DNA of 64,000 nucleotides from contig CM119372.1 in the NCBI GenBank assembly GCA_051294905.1, forward strand, positions 496,001 to 560,000, given 5' to 3'. The DNA is from Botryllus schlosseri. Taxonomy: Eukaryota. Of this stretch, positions 25,176-35,800 are shown one piece after another. Within the stretch, counting starts at the first letter, position 1; the number at the start of each line of letters is the position of its first letter. Position numbers and translations under genes: made by a program. Under the pieces are notes generated by a model. The model was not told the origin of the DNA. It ran no database searches and was given only the letters and a program-made list of their open reading frames with translations.

Positions 25176-26199
25176 TATAGAGACTGTAGGATTTTAAATC
25201 CAATTCCTCAAATCGTGGTCCACACCTGGAAATAGAATGACAATTACGGCAAGCAATCTTCAAAATGTTCATTACTCGGTCGATGTCAATTTGCTCAGTT
25301 GGTGACGGGAGCTTATGCACTTTCCCGTGCTTCTTGAGTTCCCTTACAGTGGGAAATATGGCTTCACAGACGTCACAACTTATTCCACTCCACTCATCCA
25401 ATCCTTCGAAGCATTGGGAAATTTCCTCCTCGGTGATGGATTCCCAATCCTCCCACAATGATTCTTCGGCCATAACTTTAACGAAAAAGTATCGGTTATA
25501 AAGGAATCAAAATTTCTGTGAAAGCATAATACTCAGAATTTTATTTCCGTTTTGCCGTTTCATTTTCATCGCCTGCCCTTTTATTGTTATCTTCTATCAT
25601 CATATAATACGCCACTATAATAGCTATTATATCATAAATCATCGCTGGTATTCACCGATCGTGCGCATTGCGCAGCGATATACCGGCATATTCATCGCTT
25701 CGTACGGCAACAAACGCAAGACCGTCACGCAAGTATCCAAGATATTCACTAATCAGGCCAAACATATTAGGACGTCCAATTAGTCACGGAGTCCGTTATA
25801 AGTATTCAACCTCCAATACTCCGACCCACTCCCATCGACAACCATGCATTAAAGAACAAAAACTCAACTTTCCACCGTCTGAATTGCATGTGGGATTAAT
25901 AGTGGTACACGTAACAATGGGTAGCTCCCTACGCAAAGCGGAGCGTGACCGATCTAAAGGGAGTTGAAAATATTATTGCGCGCAGTGTAAATAGAGTAGT
26001 TCAACTTATATAGATATTTCGGTATATCAATGCCCTAATACCAGTATAATATAAAATATTTATAGTAATATGGGCAATAATACCATAAATATTCATTTTT
26101 ACAAGATAATTGCTGCAAAACCACGCAAACAAAATATGTTGCGGATGAATATTAATTAGGCATTTAAATCAGTCGTCACTCAATCCTACAGTCTCTATA
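25176..26199. mobile_element. P-like family A, copy 2 (internally deleted)
   Basis: TIR TATAGAGACTGTAGGAT / ATCCTACAGTCTCTATA; 7-bp TSD ATTGTAC; empty site at ~8180; carries a C2H2 ORF on the minus strand. Confidence 0.9.
25194..25473 (-). pseudogene. Transposon-borne ORF fragment: acidic N-terminus plus C2H2 zinc finger
   Basis: MAEESLWEDWESITEEE...CDVCEAIFPTVRELKKHGKVH. A longer copy interrupted by the solo LTR lies at ~5817-6626. Confidence 0.6.
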
Positions 26200-27542
26200 A
26201 TTGTACCAAGTTTTCGGCTTTCATCCGCGTATTTATTCGGTAATATATTTTCCGAAGGCGATTTTGCAGCAGACATATAGACAGTAGACACTATAGACCG
26301 TAAGCCGTATGTGTCGTGTGACAATCTCCAGCCTCAAGGTCAAAATCTCCCAAGCTGTACCGGGACCGAATTTCCGAGGATGCTATCCGTAGTTCTTCAG
26401 AATGATGTTTTGGATTCAATATGACATTTCCTTGTCCAATCTATGAGATAACAATTGCGTATGTGTCCGAACTCGTTGACCTTTCCAGTAAGGCATACGC
26501 AATCTCTCGATTTATAGTCATTTCCATTTCTGCAGATAAGTAGTCAGGTCAAGTGCGAACATGAATCGTGTTGAATCTTTGCTCCGTACGCCGTTTAGCC
26601 AGCTGCCTTTAGAGCAAAAATTAGAGGTAAAGCGACTAGGTCCGTATCAGCCTAGAAATTGCCCATTGGTCCAATCGTACGCCGGAGGAAAACGCACTCG
26701 TGCCTTTTCTTCAGCGCATTTCGATAAAAATGAATGGCTTACTTATGGCGAGGATAAAAACGCCTTGTTTTGCTCGCTTTCGGGACGAGAATCCTACCAT
26801 ATACAAATCGGGTCGGAGGCGCTGCAGCACTTTACAGAATTGCTGAGCATGGAACGATTAAAACACCACAAGGTGTCATGCGAATGCTCTTTGTAGGTAG
26901 TTGGTCTGTGTATTTTTTGGTATAGTCTTACTCGGCGCTTGCGTAATCTCTACCACGAAATCATAACGCATGCTACTAAGGATACCCTGATGATTGATTC
27001 GTGGCATGGGAACGATTCTTAGTTCGCGTACATTTTGTAAAATAATCATTTGAATAAAAAACAATGAATAAAACATTTGTTACCGCACTTCAAGTCACGC
27101 CACCGGCAAACCTCTCGCGGCACCTACGTTAAAAATCATTGTTTACGGGAAATTCATGTGACCATCATGAACGTTGAAAAACGCTACTGTGACGTCATAT
27201 TGATAACAAGTCGCCTGCGGCCCTTGCCCCACCACCCGATATTGTCACGAGCCGCCACTGCCTGCTGGTATGCATCAATATGAATCAAGCTCGTCACCTA
27301 TCGCATAGCTCAATTTGCACCTTTTTACAATTCATGTGAACGGATTAGGATCGTTTTCATAACTACTTACTTACTTGAGTACTTTTAAAGTCAGTAAATT
27401 CTACTTCTACTTCAAGTAGTTTCAGGTTGCTTATGGAGGAAGTACTTCTACTCGTACTTGAGTAGATATTTTCGTCGCTACTTCTACTTCTACTTGAGTA
27501 GATTTCTTGACTACTTTGACCACCTCTGACTGTAGGTCTAAT

Positions 27543-30500
27543 CACTGGCGTAGCAGCCACCTGGCGGTTCTGGCTCTGCGCCAGGGGCGGCAGGCTCGAA
27601 GGGGGCGGCAAAATGAGGCTGCACCAGCCGGCTAAAAGCAGCGTTATTGGTAGTCCTATATCTGGCGTCCCGCGAGTTGAATTTAATCAAACTGGTCTCA
27701 ATCGAAAGCTAGTGTTGCGCTGATTCCGTAAACACGAATTAATAAGTTAACATGGCAATGGAACCACTCCTAAATAGCCGTCATGGCCGGTTGTTTTTAA
27801 CAATCGCAACACAATGACCAATTGGCCATGATAATGGAAATTATATCGAGCGATTATTCGGAACTACGCCGATTTTGAGACTAGCATTTAAATTGTATTT
27901 CCGGAATCAGGCCACCAATAGCTTTCGATGAAGATCAGTATTGTTAAATTTGAGCACTCGGAGGGCCTTGTCAACTACAGGATGACTAAGACCAATTAAT
28001 TATGCTGCTTTTAGCTGGCTCAGCAGTACGCTTGTCTGCGTATTCAAGTGTGAGAACTAAGTTGCGCAATGCGCATCTATTCGTAGGTTAGTGGTCTATA
28101 CTCCGAGTTACGATTTGGTACAGCAGACCGAGATAGCTGTGAAGGTAAACCAGTCCTAGGAATTGCTTAAGTTGGTAATAAATGTCAGATTGACAGATTG
28201 TGCTTAAATTTATACAAGTGTTAATTAAGACTCGAAAATAAAACGTGTCAAGAGAGTGGAGCTTTCTTTAGAAAGAAGAAGAAAGCAAGACAAACAGAAA
28301 TACAGAAGCAGATTTAAACTTGAAACTGAAACTAGGTTTACCGGCACACACCACTTAAATGATATGTTTGGATTTTTACTCCCCAGGCGCTGCTGCAAAG
28401 CGAAAGTCCCAATTTATTCACCAGCGCTTTTAAAAGCACTCATGACGACGAGGTGGACTTATTGGAGTTAGCTGCGGAAATTGACAGATTTAAGACGCTG
28501 GTGCGGAGCAGTGAAACCAAGTTTGATCATATAGTGCAGTGCTTTTCAACCTGTGTGACGGTTCGCACTTGTGCGAATGAAAAAAATTGCAGTGCGAATG
28601 ACGAACATGGTGCGAACGGTGCGAATGAAAATCACGGATGAGTGCGAATGACGAAGGTGGGGCGAACGGTGCGAATGAAAATCCCCGATGAGTGCGAATG
28701 AAAATCGTGAATAATAATTAATTTGTCTGACCTGGAATAATTCAAATAAACCTTATAGGAAATTCAAGGGCAGTGTAACTTTTGTTGTTGCGACGCAATT
28801 GTATAAACTTGTTTAACCTACGACGCACCTATATAGTCGTAGCTCTCACAAGCCGTACTATTTTCGCACTATAATTATTACGTAACCAAAAGCCTGGTTT
28901 GTAAGCTGGGGTAGTGGCAGACATACTGTATATCAGCCCATCTGAGCCTGCGACAGGCTTGGGAAAATGACGTTAAATTGACTTTCTGCTTACTTTCGCT
29001 AAACAATCATCATATTCCGTAACACCTGTTCGATTAGTTCGAGGCACTAGGATAGTAGTAAATACCATCATCACAGACTCCCATTTGCAGGTAACCGTGA
29101 CGCAAATTTTGCCCCTTCAAGCGTTATTAAATTATGAACTGCAAAAGGTATAATTTTGGGTCGACACGGTGTCAGAGCTATCTGTTAATATCTATGTAAT
29201 ATTTGATGAATTTATAGCAAAAATCCTGCGATAGTTTTTACAAATCTAAGGTCACGGTCGTTCGGATGAACTAGTGTAGGTGTGTGCAACGAGCGGGTTC
29301 AGGCCTATGAGACTCATTAATTTCGAGGCAAACCCTTCTGCGTCGGGTCACATGAAGACGAAAAGTTTTGGCCAACAAACGGCTGATAAAATACGGTGCC
29401 AAAACATAAGCGTCGACAAAACCTTGGCCAAAGAATGACCGATACTGGATGGCAAAACCATTCGATATGGATACGCTCCATTGTCGGCACGGAATAGTCC
29501 CGTTCTTGCAATCTGAGTATAGAGTACACAGTAGTACAACTGCGACAAGCAAAGGAAATTAATTCACCCTAATTTGAAATCACGTGCGTCAGAAATTTTG
29601 TAGAGCTGCGTTGGATAGAATTGTGGTGTGCGCGTTCGGTATGTCATGCATGTCCGTAAAGTCATAGTATACTACTGTAATATTAAAAATGAATTCCTTT
29701 TCATGGGCGAGGCTCAGGTTGCGAGATGCTACAGAAACTCAGATTTTGGTGGTAGTCTAAAAAACTGTTTTAACGTTATTAAACTGTCATGAATTCTCAA
29801 GTTAGATTGAGCTAAAGAACAGAACACACAGAATCGAGAGTTTATTTGCTCTTACCACATACTCGCGGAACAGAAAATCGGAAATCGAAAACAGTTGGAG
29901 CAACGTATCATAAGGTAGCGAGCTTTAATGTGCCTAATTTCCTTGATCATAATGGATCTTATTTTCCAAGACAAAGGCAAAAGCCTCAACACAAACAAGT
30001 GGGTTTTTCACCCTTTCGACATACTGGAGCCTCCTAGACCTTTGTGTCAGCTCTCAAAATCGATTTTTTTTCAGCAAGCATTTTTCTCTCGTGAACAAAT
30101 ACGGTGTATGTTGGATAGGAGTGCAGAACAGACTTCAAGACCTGGCCATCCAAGCACTAGTGGAAGGGTTATAGTGAAATAGTTAAAATCAAAACGAGCG
30201 AAAATACAGTAACCTTTTTAACGAGACACTTAATAGCTCAAGATAGGCCTACATAGTAGCCAATTTGTCGCACATTTGATCAAATAAATGTTGCATTTTC
30301 ATGTTCTTTTTGTGTAACAATATTCGGTTAGTTTGTGCGAATGAAATTTATTTTACAAAAAAAGTGCGAATGAAGCTCAAAAAGGTTGAAAAGCACTGAT
30401 ATAGTGCAACGGCGTTTGATGTTTTACAGTGGTTAGTTAATGCAAAGCTACTTGATTGGACACCGTATTTATGCTCGTGTCTGTAACTTTATCTGACCAT

Positions 30501-31728
30501 TGATGTTTCAATTGCGAGCTGTGAGAGGAGCTCCTCAAAGCTCAAACTGATGAGGTCGTATTTACGTTCTGCCATGAATGATGATCGCCTATCAGCTCTA
30601 TCCAATCTGTCTATTGAAAGAGACTACGTTCAAAAACTTGAATGTGAGGATATTATCGCTGATTTTGTTTCGGCGAAAGCCCGAAATGTTATGTTTTGAG
30701 GCGGCTATTGATTTTCTATTTGCACAATATTATTATTATATTCTTTATTCACAGTAAAACTGGTAGATACACACATAATCCGGGGAGCAACCTGCCCCCA
30801 AAGGAAAATGGCGAGATTGGAGTAAATTTTTAAAATTTCAGTAATACATTCAAATTGTTATTCCTATGCAATACACGGAGAAGTCAGATTACAGAATTGC
30901 AGCAGATGAAGAATTGGCAAGGGTTACAGAGCAGAGGTAGAGATGATTGAAGATGAAGAATCGAAATTACAGAAATTATGCTGTGATTCACAAGTGTAAT
31001 TTTAGTCCAGTGGCGCATTCAAGGCCTTCCGAAGAATGTGCACAGTGCCCAATAATGTGATTTTCTGGATCATGTCGAATCGAACGTTACCCGAACGTTA
31101 TTATTATTATTAGTATGAATTCAAGGCATTTCAATGACGCCTGTTAGGCCTTGCGCATCACGACATGGAAACTATACAGTTCAGTGTCATTGTCTTTTTA
31201 AGTATCGTTGATATTTGCGTCTTTCTTCAAGCGCTTCGCGATCGTTCACTTTCATTTCACTATTCACTTTTCATTTCACTCCCCCATGTATTCAACTTCT
31301 GGTCTCGCATGCCGACTTTGTGCAGCGTGGCTTATTGTGTTTCTGGGTCTTTTCAAGACAGCACTGTTAGTACAACGGGATCAGCGATGAAGAGCCCAGA
31401 TAAACCTCCGACACATAGAAACTAGCTTGAGCATGGGTTCGGACTAACCACCATTGGTGCCGCAGCACAGTTGATTTACACACTGCGTCACTCGTCGCCT
31501 CCCCTATGTGCACAATACATTCGTTCGATATTTCTTGTCTTTATTATTTTTTACCTTATTAACGTTGAGACGGTGACGCTGAAACGCGGCATATTTTTAT
31601 TTTTTTTAATTATCTTTATTGACAAGATTGCTTGAACAGGAATCTATGTCGAAATTTGCTGCGGTCTGCTTAGGGGGCGGCATTTTTATCGAGAGCCAGG
31701 GGCGGCAACAGATGCTGCTACGCCAGTG
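27543..31728 (+). mobile_element. hAT element family C, copy 2
   Basis: TIR CACTGGCGTAGCAGC / GCTGCTACGCCAGTG; perfect TSD GGTCTAAT; hAT dimerisation remnant at ~30470-30700. Confidence 0.9.
28537..30398. mobile_element. hAT MITE with GTGCGAATGA subterminal repeats
   Basis: TIR CAGTGCTTTTCAACCT / AGGTTGAAAAGCACTG; perfect TSD ATATAGTG. Confidence 0.9.
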
Positions 31729-31789
31729 GGTCTAATGCGTCGACCGACCCGTAATTTAATATGTCGACATGTCAAAATGAACGAAGTGA

Positions 31790-32670
31790 CACTCTGTTGT
31801 CCAATCCATCCAATAAGTCGCTGATGAAGAGATTCGGCGTCCTAAACATAGAAGATATGCGGAAACTAGAAATCGCCAAGTTTATGTATCAGTTTCACTG
31901 CGGTCGTTGCCCCGAATACTTCAATGACTTCTTTACCTTTGAATCGAAAGCGCACAAGTACAACACGCGCGTCCACGTCGTCCAAATATCATATGACCGA
32001 AAAGATCATCGCTCTATCAAATATGCCGGATCGAGCGAGATAGTGTAATGGTTATGCGTCCGGCTTCTCGAGCGGTAGGTCGTGGGTTCGATCCCCGGCC
32101 GGGTCATACCAAAGACTCGAAAAATGGTATCCGCAGCTATCCTGCTAGGCGCTCACCGCTCAGCAATCACGGATAGCATGGAGGAGAAAAAAAAACGGGG
32201 GCGCAGACTAGATGACCTCATGGGGCCGTATCGCAACTCCGTCGCCAAAGCATCTCGATGGTGCAGGCGAGAAAGAATATCATCTCTCTCTCTCTCTCTC
32301 TGATGTGTGGAACAGTATCCCGCCGGCCATCCGGCAGTCGACGAGCATGTCCACATTCAAGTCGAAATACAAGCAATTACTACTAAATAGATACAGTCCA
32401 TCCTCAAGATTACCGGACCACGACTGACCTATCGACCTCGCTTCCCATGACATGCCGCCCTATCTCTTGTCGCTTCCTTTTTCTATACTATCTTCTTTAC
32501 TTTCATTCAGTGTGCATGCCTCCTCTTTACATCGCCTAGGCCAAGGTGGGTGTCCGATTCCATAGACAACTCCTAGTCGCTTCGACATCTTCCTTTCTTT
32601 TCATTGTATCGCATTTTTTGTGGTGTATTGAACTGATAAAATTGCTAATAAACCAATGATGATGATGATT
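31790..32670 (+). mobile_element. 5'-truncated LINE (L2/Crack-like), ORF2 C-terminus plus 3' UTR
   Basis: LEIAKFMYQF...HKYNTR...RSIKYAG/DVWNSIP...STFKSKYKQLL, ending AATAAA-(ATG)n. Further fragments at ~41763-42060 and ~42535-42900 (-). Confidence 0.8.
32030..32300 (+). mobile_element. tRNA-derived SINE inserted in the LINE
   Basis: A box TAGTGTAATGG, B box GGTTCGATCCC, central GGTCATACCAAAGACT...AAAAATGGTA domain, (CT)n tail. Copies at 22953-23187 and ~63200-63275. Confidence 0.85.
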
Positions 32671-32718
32671 GTCTCTGGTGTACACAAGCACCTATCCGGA
32701 TACGATTCAACTCCGGTG

Positions 32719-32732
32719 GTCGCCACGGACGC
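32719..32732 (+). promoter_or_regulatory. Possible degenerate X-box (RFX site) in the LZTFL1 promoter
   Basis: GTCGCCACGGACGC about 105 nt upstream of the ATG. One good half-site only; RFX sites are typical of ciliary genes. Confidence 0.3.
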
Positions 32733-32837
32733 GAATGCTGAAACCTACCAATCGTTGATATTTATTCGTCTGTCGCCTTTCGTAAAATTGGATGAATTCC
32801 TGATCGAATCTTTTGCGTTGAAAACGAGAAATACGCT

Positions 32838-35800
32838 ATGGTGAGTGAATCAAGCATAGACCGAGTTACCTGAATAAATACTAGCTGCGTTTCGATCACT
32901 GGATCGCTCTTGATGACCCATTTCGCTCAACAGTATACATGATGATGGCTCAGCCTCTTACCGACACAAACCATTTCATTTTGACAATTTTATGCCATCT
33001 TTCTGTGTTTCTCATTCGATGTGCATGTGTCCTAACAATAGCCGATATCCATATTGCTACCAGTATGTCAACGTAACGAACTGAACTGAAATGCAAAATT
33101 GAAACGTACCGTACATCCGTCTTGAAATGAACCTGAATATTTTTATCTGACACTCGTCAGGGGTAATGGTCATGTACTAGTAGAGAATTGGAAAGAACAT
33201 CGTATATCAGCAATGCAAAAGGTAGACGCCTCGGTAATAGAGTGCAGTAATTACACAATGCATAGGCTATATGCATTACGCTAATTTCTCATTATCGAGA
33301 GATCACATAAACTTGTTATTCTCTAATATTACCATAGACTAATTTCATATATACCTACTCCAGTTAATAATATACCTGTTTCAAGCCAAGTTTGCTCAAA
33401 AAGATTTGACATGCTTTGCCTCCCTACGAATCTTAAACCCCCTTGTCTCACCAAATCACACACTTTGAAAACTACTACTGTAGAGAGTGGGGTCTTAAGG
33501 CACTAATACCCTCTCCATATTTATGAAGTTGGCATTATAATGTGATTGTTTTCACTTCTCCACAATAGATATGTATCACGTCACATTATAATTAAAAAAT
33601 CTTGCCCTCAGATTCATTTAGAGAGAGTCAATAGGAGATGGTAAAGCTGTCGCTCTCACCTGATTGAAAATTTGAAATTGTAATCGGCAATATGATTCAA
33701 TGCAGACTTTCACAACTAGAGGATTCTGATTGAGTAGTTAGACTAACTAGTGCGAAATGCAAGTAATCTAATTCTAATCTACTTTGTGAATTGTGTCTAT
33801 TCTTTCATTTTAATTCTAATCTAGTTACTGGTTTTTCTGAAATAGCTGCTGGAGAAATGTATCGTGCGAAACGAGCCTTGTTGGGTGTACAGATATTTGT
33901 CATTCTTGTGCTCATGAAACTGAACTCTAATTTGATATTAAGTGAACTTGATTTTTGTTGTATTTCTTTATATTGAGGAATTTAATTAAATTTCCAAATT
34001 CCTTCAAATTCAGTGGTTCTAATTTAAATCTAATTTGGAAAAGCTGAAAATTATCTAGTTGTCTAATTATCTCCTTCAATGCAATGACTGTGAAATTTTT
34101 TTTTTGCTTCCCGCAGTCTGCCCTTGGATTAAACGAGCATCATCAGGAACAAGCCTTGAACGTGATTCGGTTCAACCGATACAAACGTCTTCAGACGTTG
34201 AAAGAATTGGAGCATTGGTTTCGAGATCTCAAAGAAAGCAGGTCAGTTATACTTGGCTCCGCCCAAATTGGACTTGCGCGAACTGCCAATCTATTTGGTT
34301 GACGGCCAACTAAGTGCCGGTACTGCTCTTCAGTAGTTCCAGTTCTAGTTGAGGTTTTTGAAAACTGAGTAGTTCTATCTCTAGTTTTTTAATGTGAATA
34401 GTTCTAGTTATAGTTCCGCATTTTTAAAACTGAATAGTTCTGGCTCTAGGTGCGAGTTTTTAAACGTGAGTGGTTCTAGTTCCAGTTGCCAGCTTGGAAA
34501 AGTGAGTAGTTCTAGTTCATGTTGTGCGTTTTGAAAAGTAGGTCTAGTTCTACTTCCAGCTGCGCACGTAAAAATATTAGCAACTAGAAAACATGCGTCC
34601 TAGTTTGGCGTGAATCCTGATGCCGGTGTTCTGTTGTGTTATGTTCTTGCAGCCATTGCTAGGTCAGAGTCGTCACTACTAACACTGGCGTAGTCAGGGG
34701 TGGGTTTTGGGGTCGAGACCCAGTCCTGTTATAATACCGATTGAATCTAGTAAGTTAGTTCCGAATCTTTAAAAGTTGTTAGTTCTAGTCAAGAGTTTTG
34801 AAAAGTGAGTAGGCTCATTATAATTCTAGTTACGCGTTTTGATCCAGTAGCAGGCCTATATGCGATGGGGTTGTTCCAAGATTACCTATTTTCTTCAAAT
34901 TTTGCTGGTATACATTTGATAGAATTGTTAGGAGGACTAAAACACGTTGCACACCAAATTTGGCTCAATTTCAACCCGTAGCATCAAAGCTATTGGAGTT
35001 TGTAGACAATTTTACAGGCGAAGCTATCGGAGACAATTTTGAATTTAATAAATAAAAATGAGTTTTTTTATTCACATTTTACTGGCAACGTCATGAAATT
35101 GTTCAGTCGTCTAACAAACTGATCCATTGCAAATTTGGTTGAATTTCAACAGGTAAAAGCGAAGTTGCTGGTGTTTATCATTTTAAATTTAAAATAATAG
35201 TATTTACGGTAGGCAGGTCTATTAACTTTATTAATTAAAATTTTCCACCGTAAATACTATTTTTGCAAATCCAAAATTTCAAACCCCAACAAGTTTTATA
35301 TTTTTTCAGGTTGTACGAAGACACGTTCACTGTTGACGAAGTCAAGGAGATGATCGACGGGCTTTTGACGGTATCTCGCAGCGAAATGGAAATCGAATTG
35401 TTGAATTTCAGCCACACCAGCGTGCTGTTGATGAGACAGTTATTGACCCAAGCGGAAAAATGGCATCTGAAACTCGAAGCCGACATTTCCGAACTAGAAA
35501 ACAGGTGAGGGATGGATTTTCTCTCAGAGGCAAGAGGGGGTTTGATCTTTGCAACGTACGTGAAACGACCAATGACCCTACAGATGGTCGCAATGTTTAA
35601 AAATAGATTCAGTTCATCTCATACGGGTGATTTTGCATAGTTTTCATTACAATTTTATCTATAAACCTAATGGAAACCTAACCCAAAACTACTTTCCACT
35701 ATGTATTGTTGTTCTTGGTGTTTTTGCGGTAACGCCTAGTAACTCATCATATACAATCTACATACACACGCACATTCACACACGTTCAAAAGTAAATTAT

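Larger units (their letters stand above)
22172..27260 (+). mobile_element. hAT element family B, copy 2, with transposase N-terminal remnant
   Basis: TIR CAGTGGCGGCTCGT / ACGAGCCGCCACTG; TSD CCTGCTGC/CCTGCTGG (7/8). ORF 26561-26896 carries a TTF-type zinc-finger start (RAFSSAHFDKNEWLTY...NALFC), as in ZMYM1-like hAT transposases. Confidence 0.88.
19272..27528. mobile_element. hAT-type element family E with (AGTAG/CTACTT)n arrays, inflated by nested insertions
   Basis: TIR CAGAGGTGGTCA / TGACCACCTCTG; perfect 8-bp TSD ACTGTAGG. A partial inverted copy lies at 49752-50215. Confidence 0.85.

Noticed and set aside
29271..29552. Three overlapping minus-strand ORFs inside a hAT MITE (captured exon?)
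   Set aside because: No recognisable motif and no consistent splice partners.
32033..32105. tRNA gene
   Set aside because: A and B boxes are present, but there is no proper acceptor stem and it continues into a SINE body found in three copies.
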